A stretch of 64,000 nucleotides of DNA from an uncultured Prevotella sp. (GCA_947169685.1 CAMVQS010000002.1:20283-84282); one strand, 5' to 3'. Positions 18,763 to 30,122 are shown, counted from the stretch's first letter. Made by a program: numbers and translations. The notes: generated from the letters alone by a model not told the origin.

Positions 18763-21080
18763 GAAAGTTTATAATATCCCTGTCTCTTGTATGTTGTGGC
18801 TATACCGCAGCACAAGCACAGATTCAGACTAACGCAGGTGTGCAGTACCTGCAATGTATGCCAAAGGACGTGTCAACGGACTTCAGCGACCTGTCGAACA
18901 CCTATTTCCTGGCCGACTCGCTGGCTTCGTTCGATGTGGCTTCGGCTACAGGTCAGGTTAATTGGAAACGTTATCGTCTGTCACCCCGCCAGGCTTTTAA
19001 CCTGAATGGTTACTGGCCTGTGCGCATGCAGATGCTCGACTTTCCAGATGCAGCCTACGACAACGACCCTAACCTGTCGCTGAAGATTGACTTCATCAGC
19101 GAGCGTTGCGTCCGCATCCGTATGCTGACAACGCCCGTCGCTTCTCAGCGAAAGGATGCTGATAGTCCGATGTTGGCAGGACCAGTAGGCTCCTCGTCGG
19201 ACTGGCGTTCTGTAAGTAGCGGTAACACTGTTGCTTACAAAACAGCCTATGGTATCTTGGAACTTCAGCGCTATCCCTTCCGCATTGTGCTGAAGGATAA
19301 GAACGGACGCATCCTCACCCAGACGCGCCATATCATTGATAACGACTCTACACAGGTAAAGCTGTTGCCATTTAACTTTATCAAGCGTGGAAGCGATAAC
19401 TCGCGTAGCGTCAATCCTGTCTTTTTGCTATCGCCTAATGAGCGTATCTACGGTTGTGGTGAGTCGTTTACGTCACTGAACAAGGTTGGGCAAAAGGTAC
19501 ACCTCAGTGTCACCGACCCACAAGGCCCTGAGACTGACGGTCAGTACAAGCCTGTGCCATTCTATTTTAGCAATCGTGGCTACGGTATTTTCATGCACAC
19601 TTCGGCACCAGTCACTGCCGACTTCGGACAAAGCTATATTGGTGCGCAGCGCCTCTTCATGGCTGACGAGCAGATAGACCTTTTTGTGTTCTTTGGTTCA
19701 CCCAAAGACATTCTTGATGAATACACCAACATCACGGGTAAGAGCCCCATGCTGCCACTGTGGTCATTCGGCACATGGATGAGCCGCATCACCTACTTCT
19801 CACAGGAAGAAGGTCTCAACATTGCCCGTCAGTTACGTAAGCATAAGATTCCTTCCGATGTCATTCACTTTGATACGGGTTGGTTCGGTGTTGACTGGCA
19901 GTGTGACTATGAGTTTGCCCGTGACCGTTTCCCAGACCCTGTGGGAATGCTGAAGCAGTTGAAGAACGACGGTTTTCATACCTGTTTGTGGCAACTTCCT
20001 TATTTTACACCCAAGAATCGTTTCTTCCCAGAAATCATTAAGAATGGACTACACGTGAAGAATGCTGACGGTGGTATGCCCTATGAAGATGCTGTGCTCG
20101 ACTTCACTAATCCGCAGACGGTAAAGTGGTATCAACAGAAGATTCTCGGATTGTTGAAGCAAGGTGTCTCTACCATCAAGTGTGACTTTGGCGAAGCTGC
20201 ACCTTACAACGGCTTCTATTATAACAGACGTGGTGGGCTTTACGAGCATAACCTCTATCCCTTGCGTTATAATAAAGCACTTTGGGAGGCTGTCGAACAG
20301 CAATATCCAGGCGAGGGCATCATCTGGGCACGAAGTGCCTGGGCAGGCTCTCAGCGCTATGCCCTGCACTGGGGTGGGGATGCTGCTACCAATAATATCG
20401 GTATGCTGGGTGACCTGCGTGGCGGACTCTCGTTCGGCTTGAGTGGTTTCTCCTTCTGGAGTCACGACATGGGTGGCTTTGTGACGGCTTCGCCTGAGGA
20501 TATCTATCGACGATGGCTGCCCTTCGGTTTCCTGAGCAGTCATACCCGTGCTCACGGTGCACCGCCTACAGAACCTTGGCTCATCAGCGAATCGTTCACC
20601 AAGGCCTTCCGTGATTGTGCCGAGATGAAGTACCGCCTCATGCCTTATGTTTATGCCCAGGCTAAGGACTGCACGCTGCGTGGCCTGCCGATGGTACGTG
20701 CCTTGTTGGTGGAGTTCCCTGAAGACCCAGGCGCATGGCTTGTTGAAGATGAGTATATGTTTGGCTCGCAGATGCTAGTGGCACCTCTCATGGAGAGTGG
20801 TAACAGTCGTAGTGTTTATCTGCCGTCGGGATGCAAATGGATAGATTACCAGACAGGCAAGGTGTATGATAGCGGATGGCAGACTATTAGTGTAGGTAAG
20901 ATACCTGCTGTTATCCTGGTACGTGACGGCTCCATCATTCCTCATGCTCCGTTAGCACAACGCACGGACCAGATAGATTGGAATAAGATTGAACTGCGTG
21001 AATATAAAGCTGCAGCCACGAAGTGCACTGGCTTGCTTTTCAAACCTGGCGATACGGAGTTGACTATTATCAATAAATAG
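18759..21080 (+). CDS. Glycoside hydrolase family 31 (alpha-xylosidase-like)
   Basis: IHFDTGW, KCDFGE, HWGGD, WSHDMGGF, RAHG..PTEPW. Confidence 0.9.
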   Translation: MRKFIISLSLVCCGYTAAQAQIQTNAGVQYLQCMPKDVSTDFSDLSNTYFLADSLASFDVASATGQVNWKRYRLSPRQAFNLNGYWPVRMQMLDFPDAAYDNDPNLSLKIDFISERCVRIRMLTTPVASQRKDADSPMLAGPVGSSSDWRSVSSGNTVAYKTAYGILELQRYPFRIVLKDKNGRILTQTRHIIDNDSTQVKLLPFNFIKRGSDNSRSVNPVFLLSPNERIYGCGESFTSLNKVGQKVHLSVTDPQGPETDGQYKPVPFYFSNRGYGIFMHTSAPVTADFGQSYIGAQRLFMADEQIDLFVFFGSPKDILDEYTNITGKSPMLPLWSFGTWMSRITYFSQEEGLNIARQLRKHKIPSDVIHFDTGWFGVDWQCDYEFARDRFPDPVGMLKQLKNDGFHTCLWQLPYFTPKNRFFPEIIKNGLHVKNADGGMPYEDAVLDFTNPQTVKWYQQKILGLLKQGVSTIKCDFGEAAPYNGFYYNRRGGLYEHNLYPLRYNKALWEAVEQQYPGEGIIWARSAWAGSQRYALHWGGDAATNNIGMLGDLRGGLSFGLSGFSFWSHDMGGFVTASPEDIYRRWLPFGFLSSHTRAHGAPPTEPWLISESFTKAFRDCAEMKYRLMPYVYAQAKDCTLRGLPMVRALLVEFPEDPGAWLVEDEYMFGSQMLVAPLMESGNSRSVYLPSGCKWIDYQTGKVYDSGWQTISVGKIPAVILVRDGSIIPHAPLAQRTDQIDWNKIELREYKAAATKCTGLLFKPGDTELTIINK

Positions 21081-21088
21081 ACACGAAA

Positions 21089-23272
21089 ATGAACAGAAGC
21101 AGTGTTTTTTCTTTTTGTCTGTCAGCCTTCATGTTTGTTGCTGTTGGCTGTTCGAACCTGCCAGAGGCAGCTACCATAGACTTGGAACACTATGAGCCGG
21201 TGGGAAAGTTCGTGCCGGCATACGAGGCACTAACCAACCGTACGGATCTGGCAACGAATAAGGATTACGATATTGAGCAGACGGTGCGTGTGCTTAATGC
21301 TTTGGAGATTGCACAAGCTAACAGTAAGAACTTTAACGAGTTCCTCGAATACATGGCCAAGCAGGACTATACGGGTGTGGCTCCTGATGTGCTGGAAGCT
21401 AAGCAGAAACTGTTACCCATCCTGCAGTATATGTATAAGTTGCAGGGACAGGACAAGGAGCTGAACGACCTGTGGATGTTGGCACGTTCGGCTGCCAAAG
21501 GCGCGGCATCGGCAGATGATCCGTTCCGTTTGGCTGGAGCTGTATTGGGTAATCCATTGGCTATTCTCGATATCATGCATACTGACGATGCCTCAAAGGC
21601 TACAGACGCTGCCTTTGAACAGTACGAGAAGGACAAGGAACTGAAGGCGAACATGAAGCGTGACATAGAGAAGTTACGCGGTTCATACCTGCAGTACTTG
21701 ACCGATTATGCACCGATATACCATAAGTACATGAAGGAGTATGATGCGCTTTGCGTGCAGAAGGATAAGGCCTATTTGGATCTTTATGGTGGAAGGGTGA
21801 ACGATGCCCTGGGTCACACGCGACAGATACTCAGCAAGTATCCGCATAATTCGGAGGCTATGCTGTTGCAGAGCATGGCGCTGATTATGAAGGCTCCGGC
21901 AGGTGCTGTTATAGCTTCTACAGACTCGACAGCCACCTTAGACTCTGTAACTACTATAGAAAACACAAGCACCATAACACCTATGAGGCTGGCACCGCAG
22001 TCCTCTATGGCGGAGGCTTCTGCCACGTTGGACTACTATATGCAGGAGTTTCCAGGTAAGACGGCTCCTGCGTTGTTGCTGAAGGGACTGATGGAACAGA
22101 AGATGGGACATGAGCAGGCTGCTATGTCATATTTTGACCAGGCATCGATAGAATATCCGCGACAGGCTGCTCAACTGACGGACATGTTGGATTCCTATCG
22201 CACGCGTACTTATTTGAACAAGACACCAGAAGGACAATTCCTGCAGCGCCTGTACTCCTCGACAATGGAGGGGTATGGCATGTTCAGCCCCAATCTGTTG
22301 AAAGCCAAGCACTACGCAGACCAGGGAAAGACGGATGAGGCCAGACAGGAAATATTCAATCACTTCTTCCGTCGCGGCAATCAAGGAATTTATTCCGCCC
22401 TGCTTAGTGATATGCAGTTCTGCGAAGAACATCTGTACGGACCGTTTAAACAATTGCTTATCGAACATTCGTACATCGACGTGGAGGTGGAACCGGTGAG
22501 TGAGTGGCTGTTCTGGAAAAGTGACGACCTGCTGAATGTGAAGATCAACAACCGTAGCGACATGGATCTGGAGAACGTTCGTGTGTTCCTCTGTATCCAC
22601 TACACCGATATGTACAAGGATGAGTATGATGTGGTGAAGGTTCCGCGCACGGCAAATGTCATCCATAAGCATTCGACGGCAGATCTTGATACTGTACGTA
22701 TCACCTATCTTGGTAAGAAGTATGATGACATTACTCGCATACGTGCTATCGCCGTCACTGATGACCGTATATGCTGGGTAGATGACGTGGATTACAAACA
22801 GTCGCGTGTGATGGATTTTCTGCGTGGAGGACGCTCACAGAACGAACAACTGCAACAGGCCCGCGAGGAATACCTGAGCAACTATTCCCTCGAACCTGCC
22901 AAACTGCGTCAGACGCTCATGGAGGGTGTTACGGTATTGCCGCCAGAGGAGAATCCTGCAGAGGAGAAAAACTGGTGGGACACGTTCTGCGGATGGTTTA
23001 CGTTCCCTGACAACGACCTGAAAATCGAACTGCCACGTGTGTTGACGATGCTCGACCCCGTATTCTCGTTGCGTGCTATTGATGGCGAGGATGCTCTTGT
23101 GCCAAAAGAAAATTACTTGGGCGGAACAGCTATTCACCTTGTATTCGACTATGTGCCAGCATACGAGGAGAAACTGCCGCTTTACATCTATAGCGACTTT
23201 GTGAGTTTCCGTGTAAACATATTGTATAAAGGTAAGGATTCCGTTGTGGAGCAAGTGGAGATTATACGTTGA
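21089..23272 (+). CDS. Hypothetical TPR-like lipoprotein
   Basis: Lipobox AVGC; helical TPR-like central region; beta-rich C-terminus. Confidence 0.7.
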   Translation: MNRSSVFSFCLSAFMFVAVGCSNLPEAATIDLEHYEPVGKFVPAYEALTNRTDLATNKDYDIEQTVRVLNALEIAQANSKNFNEFLEYMAKQDYTGVAPDVLEAKQKLLPILQYMYKLQGQDKELNDLWMLARSAAKGAASADDPFRLAGAVLGNPLAILDIMHTDDASKATDAAFEQYEKDKELKANMKRDIEKLRGSYLQYLTDYAPIYHKYMKEYDALCVQKDKAYLDLYGGRVNDALGHTRQILSKYPHNSEAMLLQSMALIMKAPAGAVIASTDSTATLDSVTTIENTSTITPMRLAPQSSMAEASATLDYYMQEFPGKTAPALLLKGLMEQKMGHEQAAMSYFDQASIEYPRQAAQLTDMLDSYRTRTYLNKTPEGQFLQRLYSSTMEGYGMFSPNLLKAKHYADQGKTDEARQEIFNHFFRRGNQGIYSALLSDMQFCEEHLYGPFKQLLIEHSYIDVEVEPVSEWLFWKSDDLLNVKINNRSDMDLENVRVFLCIHYTDMYKDEYDVVKVPRTANVIHKHSTADLDTVRITYLGKKYDDITRIRAIAVTDDRICWVDDVDYKQSRVMDFLRGGRSQNEQLQQAREEYLSNYSLEPAKLRQTLMEGVTVLPPEENPAEEKNWWDTFCGWFTFPDNDLKIELPRVLTMLDPVFSLRAIDGEDALVPKENYLGGTAIHLVFDYVPAYEEKLPLYIYSDFVSFRVNILYKGKDSVVEQVEIIR

Positions 23273-23275
23273 GCA

Positions 23276-24043
23276 TTATTTGCTGACCTCCAATGAACTG
23301 CGTTTGTCTCGGCGGTATGAACGGTAATCGTCAAGAGGAATTTCAACGTCAGGTTCTGTTAGTTCACCATCGTGTGGTAAACAGAACTGCTGGTAGCGGA
23401 TGTTGAGGCCCCTGTCTATCCACATCTGCTCGTAATAGGTGCGGATATTTAGGAGTTGAGAGTTGAGTGTTGAGAGTTGAGTGTGGTAGAGATCCTCTGT
23501 ACGTTCCAGTAGTGGCAAGCGGTTCTTATCGACCACATGGCTGGTGTAGGTGAAGAGAAAATTGGAATCAGTCTTCAAGTGTATGATGCCACCGTCAATG
23601 AGGAATCGGCGGTAGCGCTCCATAAAGTAAGTAGAGGTGAGGCGCTTGCGTGGGTTCTTCATCTGAGGGTCACTGAAGGTAAGCCAGATCTCGTGTACCT
23701 CGTCAGCTACAAAGAACTTGTCGATAATCTCAATATTGGTACGCAAGAAGGCCACATTCTTCATGCCTGTGCGGACTGCCTCTGTGGCTCCTGTCCACAT
23801 GCGGGACCCCTTGATATCGACACCGATGAAGTTCATGTTGGGGAACATACGCGCTAAACCGACAGTATATTCGCCTTTGCCACAGCCTAACTCCAGTACA
23901 ATAGGATTCTGATTGTGGAAATATTCCTCGTGCCATTTGCCTTGTAGTGGAAACGAAGCGTGTTCCAGCGACCCGTAGGGGTACTGGAACACGTTATCAT
24001 ATGTCGCCATGTCGGCGAACTTTGCCAGTTTGCCTTTGCTCAT
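23276..24043 (-). CDS. trmB: tRNA (guanine-N7)-methyltransferase
   Basis: [28 protein letters not shown]. Confidence 0.95.
   Translation of the reverse strand: MSKGKLAKFADMATYDNVFQYPYGSLEHASFPLQGKWHEEYFHNQNPIVLELGCGKGEYTVGLARMFPNMNFIGVDIKGSRMWTGATEAVRTGMKNVAFLRTNIEIIDKFFVADEVHEIWLTFSDPQMKNPRKRLTSTYFMERYRRFLIDGGIIHLKTDSNFLFTYTSHVVDKNRLPLLERTEDLYHTQLSTLNSQLLNIRTYYEQMWIDRGLNIRYQQFCLPHDGELTEPDVEIPLDDYRSYRRDKRSSLEVSK
23453..23484. repeat. Heptamer tandem (GAGTTGA/GTGTTGA) x4 inside trmB
   Basis: Read directly; encodes [10 protein letters not shown]. Confidence 0.8.
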
Positions 24044-25059
24044 TATTCAATCACTACTGTAGTCCAGCCGTGCTTATCCTCAATCTCGCCATATTGGATG
24101 CCACGCAGTGTGTCAAAGAGTTTTTTCGACATAGGACCTGGTTTCTCACCAAATGAGTAGCGCTTACCGGTGTCGAGGTCATCAATATAGGAGATAGGAC
24201 TGATGACAGCGGCTGTTCCGCAGGCACCTGCCTCTTCGAAGGTTTCGAGTTCCTCTTCGGGAATGGGACGACGCTCCACTTTCATGCCCAAGTCCTCAGC
24301 TACCTGCATCAGACTCTTGTTTGTGATGGAGGGCAAGATGCTCGTAGATTTCGGTGTAACATAGGTGTTGTCCTTGATACCAAAGAAATTGGCAGCACCA
24401 CACTCGTCCATGTATTTCTTCTCTTTTGCGTCCAGATAGAACTCACAAGCATAACCCTTCTCGTGTGCCAGGTTGTTAGCAAAGAGTGAGGCTGCGTAGT
24501 TTCCGCCTACCTTATATTTACCCGTGCCGAGAGGAGCAGAACGGTCGTAGTCACGGATGATGACGTAGGGGTTGGCAGCAAAGCCTCCCTTGAAGTATGG
24601 ACCTACAGGGGTGACAAAGATGAGGAAGCAATACTCCTTGGCAGGATGTACGCCAACCTGTGCCGAAGTACCGATGAGCAACGGACGGATATAGAGCGTA
24701 GCGCCACTCTCATAGGTGGGAATCCACTCTTGGTTGAGGCGAACCACTTTCTTCACCATTTCCGTGAATAGTTCGGTTGAAACTTCAGGCATCATAATAC
24801 CACGACAGGTTGATTGCAAACGTGCAGCATTTTCGTCAACACGGAAGATACGAACCTTGCCGTCAGGGCAGCGATAGGCCTTCAAACCCTCGAAAGCTTC
24901 CTGCCCATAGTGCAGACAGGTAGCTGCCATATGCAGTTTCAGATATTCATCGGAGCATACTTCTATTTCGCCCCACTTTCCGTCGCGGTAGTAGCAGCGG
25001 ACGTTGTAGTCGGTCTTCATGTAACCGAACGACAGGTTTCCCCAGTCTAAATTCTTCAT
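24043..25059 (-). CDS. ilvE: Branched-chain amino acid aminotransferase
   Basis: [39 protein letters not shown]. Confidence 0.95.
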   Translation of the reverse strand: MKNLDWGNLSFGYMKTDYNVRCYYRDGKWGEIEVCSDEYLKLHMAATCLHYGQEAFEGLKAYRCPDGKVRIFRVDENAARLQSTCRGIMMPEVSTELFTEMVKKVVRLNQEWIPTYESGATLYIRPLLIGTSAQVGVHPAKEYCFLIFVTPVGPYFKGGFAANPYVIIRDYDRSAPLGTGKYKVGGNYAASLFANNLAHEKGYACEFYLDAKEKKYMDECGAANFFGIKDNTYVTPKSTSILPSITNKSLMQVAEDLGMKVERRPIPEEELETFEEAGACGTAAVISPISYIDDLDTGKRYSFGEKPGPMSKKLFDTLRGIQYGEIEDKHGWTTVVIE

Positions 25060-25239
25060 AATGTCTATGTTTTGATGTTGTCAGTTGTCTATTTGCCCGC
25101 AAAAGTAATTAAAATATTGATTTTACGCAACATTTTCTTATGAAAAATTATATTTCCCTTTTCTTTTCTTGCTTGTTTGTAGTAAAACGCTTACCTTTGC
25201 ACCAGTTTTTTTAACATTAACAAACAAAAATAAAGACAA

Positions 25240-25911
25240 ATGAAAAAGTTGTTATTAATGGCATTGATGGCTGTTTGTTTGACAGTTAATGCACAGGAAA
25301 AGAGGGACATTACGCTGAAGGATGGCGAAAATGATGACTGGACCATGCATATCGGTATAGGTGTTAACCTTGTAACGGGCGTTTCTGACGGTTATGAGTT
25401 TGCTCCATTTAAGTCTTGGGACATCCAATGGACGGTAGTACAATACAACTATACTCCGAAGAATGCCAAGCAGACATACTCCATCGGCCTGGGACTGAAC
25501 TGGCGTAACTACGGTCTAAAGGATAACGGAACGTCGTTTGAGAAGGTCGGTGATGTGGTTGGCCTGGGTGCATTCCCCAACAATGCCGGTTCAAGATACT
25601 CAAGTGTCCAGACGCTGGCTATCAACGTTCCCCTGCTCTTCACGCAGAAGGTCAGCAAAGACGTTAGCTTCACGGTTGGTCCGATTGTCAACTTCAATGT
25701 CGGTGGATGGGTAAAGAGAAACTACGAGATAGGTGATAACGATTATGACATCTCTACTTGTAAGATTGGTCAGGCTCCTGTGACGGTTAGTGCCTTCGGT
25801 ATGGTTGATATCGACGGCTTCGGTATCTTCTGCAAGTATTCTCCGATGAAGGTGTTCAAGAAGGATCGTGGACCTGAGTTCAACTCATTTACTCTTGGTT
25901 TCTATTTCTAA
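25240..25911 (+). CDS. Outer-membrane beta-barrel protein
   Basis: Signal peptide, alternating strands, C-terminal FTLGFYF. Confidence 0.7.
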   Translation: MKKLLLMALMAVCLTVNAQEKRDITLKDGENDDWTMHIGIGVNLVTGVSDGYEFAPFKSWDIQWTVVQYNYTPKNAKQTYSIGLGLNWRNYGLKDNGTSFEKVGDVVGLGAFPNNAGSRYSSVQTLAINVPLLFTQKVSKDVSFTVGPIVNFNVGGWVKRNYEIGDNDYDISTCKIGQAPVTVSAFGMVDIDGFGIFCKYSPMKVFKKDRGPEFNSFTLGFYF

Positions 25912-26105
25912 GATACAGGAGGCTGGCCAATAGCCAACAGTTCTTGTTCGGTCTTGGTTAACTTGTCCTGACAGAAAGTGATAAGTCGCTGTGCAGTTTT
26001 CAACTGTGCAGCGATTTCGTCTATATTGCACTCACCTCCTTCTAACTTGTGTACAATGGTTTCCAACTGGGCAAGTGCTTCTTCGTATTTTTTGTTTTCG
26101 TTCAT
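25908..26105 (-). CDS. xseB: Exodeoxyribonuclease VII small subunit
   Basis: YEEALAQLETIV..LE..C..KL; overlaps xseA. Confidence 0.9.
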   Translation of the reverse strand: MNENKKYEEALAQLETIVHKLEGGECNIDEIAAQLKTAQRLITFCQDKLTKTEQELLAIGQPPVS

Positions 26106-27262
26106 TTGACAATGGATTTAAAGGTTCCTTTTTCTATTCTTGTTTCTATTTCGTCACCAGGATGAAGCTGGGAAGGATCACGCACGACACGGCCGTTCAG
26201 CAGTGTGATACTGTAACCTCGACGGAGCAATAAAACTGGGTCGTAGCCTTGTAACTGTATGGCGATGTTCTCAAGGCGATGCTTCTGTGTGGTAAGACGT
26301 CGTTCTATAGCCACGGGCAATCGGTTTTGCAGCAGTTCTATGCGGTGACGTGAATCGTTGATGATATGTAAAGCAAGGGTGGGGATGCGCTGACAGGCAT
26401 CTGTTATGCGGTCGGCAACACGTTTTAGGTGGTCAATGAGCAGAGCGGCGGCAGCAGTAGGAGTTTTTACATGTTGGTGGGCCACCATGTCAAGAATACT
26501 CTCGTCGCGGTCGTGCCCAATACCTGTGATGATTGGTAATGGGAATTGTGCAACGTTTTCTGCTAAAGCAAGCGTGTCGAAGCCGCTGAGGTCACTGGTA
26601 GCTCCACCGCCTCGAATGATGATAACGACATCAAACAGGCCAATCTGACTGTAGATATTATTCAGTGCTGCGATGATGCTCTGCTCGACAGATTCACCCT
26701 GCATGGTAGCAGGGAAGAGGGTGACTTCGAAGCGAAAACCGTATTCGTTTTCTTCGAGTTGACGACAGAAATCACCATAGCCGGCAGCGGTTGAGGCACT
26801 GATGACTGCAATGCGTTTTGCAAAAAGAGTCAGTTGAAGTTCACGTTGCAGATCGAACACACCTTCCTGCTTTAGCTGGACAATGATTTGCTGTCGTCGG
26901 CGTGCTAAATCGCCTAATGTGTAGGTTGGGTCAATGTCAGTAACAATCCACGAGAACCCGTAGGCCTCGTGGAATTGTGCATAAACCTTTAGCAAAACCT
27001 TCATGCCAGCGTGAAGTGTCTGACCTGTCTCACGCTCGAAGTGGGGACGTACCATCATCCATGTAGTTTTCCAGCATTTGGCTGAGGCACGGGCTATGGG
27101 GGTGTTGCTGTCTTCCTCTTTCTGCACTAGCTCCATGTAGCAATGACCACGATTTTCTCGACACTCGGCCAGTTCCGCTTGTACCCAGTATTCGTCAGTC
27201 ATTTCCATTTCGATGGCATCACGTACCATCGAATTGAGTTCATGCAGTGTAAATGCTTTCAT
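26102..27262 (-). CDS. xseA: Exodeoxyribonuclease VII large subunit
   Basis: GHCY.EL, IAVIS...AAG..DF, IIRGGG, ITGIGH..D, KTPTAAA, RGYSI. Confidence 0.95.
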   Translation of the reverse strand: MKAFTLHELNSMVRDAIEMEMTDEYWVQAELAECRENRGHCYMELVQKEEDSNTPIARASAKCWKTTWMMVRPHFERETGQTLHAGMKVLLKVYAQFHEAYGFSWIVTDIDPTYTLGDLARRRQQIIVQLKQEGVFDLQRELQLTLFAKRIAVISASTAAGYGDFCRQLEENEYGFRFEVTLFPATMQGESVEQSIIAALNNIYSQIGLFDVVIIIRGGGATSDLSGFDTLALAENVAQFPLPIITGIGHDRDESILDMVAHQHVKTPTAAAALLIDHLKRVADRITDACQRIPTLALHIINDSRHRIELLQNRLPVAIERRLTTQKHRLENIAIQLQGYDPVLLLRRGYSITLLNGRVVRDPSQLHPGDEIETRIEKGTFKSIVK

Positions 27263-27265
27263 CCG

Positions 27266-28660
27266 TTAGCGGGTGAGGTTGTTGATGTAGGCATGCCAGA
27301 AGTTGGGCAAGCCATAGCCATAGACATTGTCAGGGGCGTCATAACGGTCACTGCACTGGCGGACTATTTCAATAAGTTCACGGGCAGTGAGGTGGGGTAG
27401 GGCCTGCCACAAGCAAGCTACCATGCCACATGCTGTCGGTGAAGAGAAAGAAGTTCCGTTGGCACGGATAATTTCACCTTCTCCATACATAAGATATGAT
27501 GGATTGCCAATAGCCATAATGTCGGGCTTCACACGTCCGTCCTGTGAAGGGCCAAGGCTGCTAAAGTTAGCATTGGTGAGTTTGCGGTTTAGTGCTCCGA
27601 CAGTTATGACATTATCTGCATCGGCAGGTGGGGTAATCTTCTTCCAAGGTTCGTCTCCGGAGTTTCCTGCGCTGCATACAAGTACAATACCCTTGTCGGC
27701 AAGCATGGAGGCTGCTCGTGAGATATGTGCCGTATGGCCGTCAAGATCACGGTACTTATGGCTGGTTATAACGTCATCGAAGTTATTGTAGCCAAGTGAG
27801 GTGTTAATGACATCGACGCCTACGGAGTCTGCAAATTCAGCAGCCATCACCCAATAATCTTCCTCTACTTCCTGTTCAGTACGTCCGTCTTCACTGCGAA
27901 GCAACCAGAAGCTGGCCTCAGGGGCGGTGCCGATGAAATAATGGGGCTCGTTCAGTCCCATGCATGATAGTACACCTGTTCCGTGGCTGGTGTCAACATA
28001 GATGTTAGGACGAGGCTCTGCTACGAAGTCACGGATACCGAGTATATTTATTTTTTGGATGCTGGGGATGGAGTCGGCGTTGCAGAAACCACCATCAATG
28101 ACAGCGATTGTCATACCTTGACCGCGGAATCCTTCAGCATGAAGGCTGTCACCTCCCATGACATGAATCTGATGGAACCCCTTTCCATAGATGTTTTCTG
28201 TACTGTCTTTGGAAGGGAAGGTGGTGGCAAATTCCTTGCGTGTGGGCATCTTCTCTTCGTTTTTTGGTGAGGTCCATACACGGTGAGCTCGTGATACAAA
28301 TTCTAATGCAACAAGACGGTCAATGACCGTGGTGTCGTTAATCTTGACAACAACAGTGTTAAGCCATCGGCTGGTGCCTACTACCTGTGCCTGTTTTGCA
28401 ATTTTTTTGACATATTTGGGGCTGACGGGGAGGTCGGTAGAATCTATAGCAAGCAATTGTTTGGCACGGCGGTTAAGCGCTTTTGGCGAGAGAAACTTCT
28501 CTGGCTTGTTAATACTGGCTGTTCCATTCTTATCTGTCAAATAGAGACGATAGATGTAAGACTTTTGCACAGGCTGTGGAGCCTCTGTGGTTTCTGTTTG
28601 TGCATGTGCTGCTTGCAAGGTTATGGCGAGCAAAGCAGCGATAATGATGTTACGTTTCAT
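27266..28660 (-). CDS. S8 (subtilisin-like) serine peptidase
   Basis: AVIDGGF, HGTGVL, SAGNSG, NGTSFSSP; signal peptide. Confidence 0.92.
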   Translation of the reverse strand: MKRNIIIAALLAITLQAAHAQTETTEAPQPVQKSYIYRLYLTDKNGTASINKPEKFLSPKALNRRAKQLLAIDSTDLPVSPKYVKKIAKQAQVVGTSRWLNTVVVKINDTTVIDRLVALEFVSRAHRVWTSPKNEEKMPTRKEFATTFPSKDSTENIYGKGFHQIHVMGGDSLHAEGFRGQGMTIAVIDGGFCNADSIPSIQKINILGIRDFVAEPRPNIYVDTSHGTGVLSCMGLNEPHYFIGTAPEASFWLLRSEDGRTEQEVEEDYWVMAAEFADSVGVDVINTSLGYNNFDDVITSHKYRDLDGHTAHISRAASMLADKGIVLVCSAGNSGDEPWKKITPPADADNVITVGALNRKLTNANFSSLGPSQDGRVKPDIMAIGNPSYLMYGEGEIIRANGTSFSSPTACGMVACLWQALPHLTARELIEIVRQCSDRYDAPDNVYGYGLPNFWHAYINNLTR

Positions 28661-28769
28661 ATGATATCTTTTTGTTTTTTATTCATTTGAGTGCAAAGGT
28701 AGAAAATATTTTGTAAATTATAATTCATATTTCATAATTATTTTCTACCTTTGCACATTATTTACAACT

Positions 28770-30122
28770 ATGGACAATAAACAGGCGACTCTTGAACTCG
28801 GACAGAAACCTGTGGGACAACTGCTGGTGCAGTATGCCCTTCCTGCTATCGTGGCGATGACGGCTTCGAGCCTATACAATATTATTGACCGTGCTATGAT
28901 TGGACAAGTGGTTGGACCAGAGGCAATTGCCGGTCTTGGTATCACGTTTCCTTTTATGAATCTGAGTGCGGCATTCGGAGCTGCGGTCGGTGTGGGTGCT
29001 TCAACCTGTATCAGTGTCAAGCTGGGCCAGCGTGATTACCAAATGGCAGAACATCTGTTGGGTAATACTGTTACATTGAACCTCATCATCGGTTTCCTGT
29101 TTATGGTGGTTAGTCTGGTTTTCCTTGATCCTATTCTTCTTTTCTTTGGAGCTAGTGATGTGACGCTACCGTATGCACGAGAGTTTATGACCATTATCTT
29201 ATTGGGCAATATGGTGACGCATATGTATTTTGGAATGAATGCCGTGCTCAGAGCTGCAGGTAAACCTCGTCACGCGATGTATGCCACCTTGTTTACTGTA
29301 GCTTGTAATATTATACTGGCAGTCGCTTTTGTATGGTGGTTCCGTTGGGGCATACGGGGCGCGGCCTTAGCAACAATTACTAGTCAGACGTTGGCATTGT
29401 GCTGGCAGATGTGGCTTTTCTCAGATAAAAAGGAACTGCTTCACCTGAAACGTGGTATCTACAAACTGAAAGCCGACTTGGTACGTAACGTCATAGCCAT
29501 TGGTATCTCACCTTTCTTAATGAACGCAACATCGTGCGTCATTGTAATTTTTATGAATAACCAGTTTGTGCGTTATGGAGGAGACATGGCTGTGGGTGCA
29601 TATAGCATTGCCAATAGCGTTGTCATGTTTTTCTTCATGTTTGTCATGGGCATGAATCAGGGCATGCAACCCATCGTGGGATATAATTATGGCGCAGAGA
29701 AGTATGACCGTATGTTGCGCTGCCTATGGTTAACCATTGCTGCTGCAACAGCGGTTCTACTGGTTGGATGGACGCTGTCGATGCTTTTCCCTCAGCAGAT
29801 AGCACGTATTTTTACTACTGATCCTACGTTGCTTAAATTGTCTGCTCGCGGTATAAGGATTGATATGTTGGTCTTTTTTGTTGTGGGATCACAAGCGGTA
29901 ATTACCAACTTTTTCCAGTGTATTGGTAAGGTGAAGGTCAGCATCTTCCTGTCGCTTTCGAGACAACTCTTTATGTTGCTACCGATGGCCTATGTCTTTC
30001 CAATCTTTTGGAATCTTGACGGTGTATGGTATGCAATGCCTGCTAGTGACTTTGGCTCATTCTCTATGACGATTCCCTTACTTTGGTGGTACATTAAAAA
30101 ACTAAAGACTCATGAACAATAA
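28770..30122 (+). CDS. MATE efflux transporter
   Basis: About 12 TM segments; YNIIDR, GIRGAALAT, QPIVGYNYGA. Confidence 0.92.
   Translation: MDNKQATLELGQKPVGQLLVQYALPAIVAMTASSLYNIIDRAMIGQVVGPEAIAGLGITFPFMNLSAAFGAAVGVGASTCISVKLGQRDYQMAEHLLGNTVTLNLIIGFLFMVVSLVFLDPILLFFGASDVTLPYAREFMTIILLGNMVTHMYFGMNAVLRAAGKPRHAMYATLFTVACNIILAVAFVWWFRWGIRGAALATITSQTLALCWQMWLFSDKKELLHLKRGIYKLKADLVRNVIAIGISPFLMNATSCVIVIFMNNQFVRYGGDMAVGAYSIANSVVMFFFMFVMGMNQGMQPIVGYNYGAEKYDRMLRCLWLTIAAATAVLLVGWTLSMLFPQQIARIFTTDPTLLKLSARGIRIDMLVFFVVGSQAVITNFFQCIGKVKVSIFLSLSRQLFMLLPMAYVFPIFWNLDGVWYAMPASDFGSFSMTIPLLWWYIKKLKTHEQ

Noticed and set aside
8908-21080. Classical SusC/SusD polysaccharide utilisation locus
   Set aside because: The receptor lacks SusC motifs, there is no SusD, and a terminator plus repeat region separates it from the GH genes
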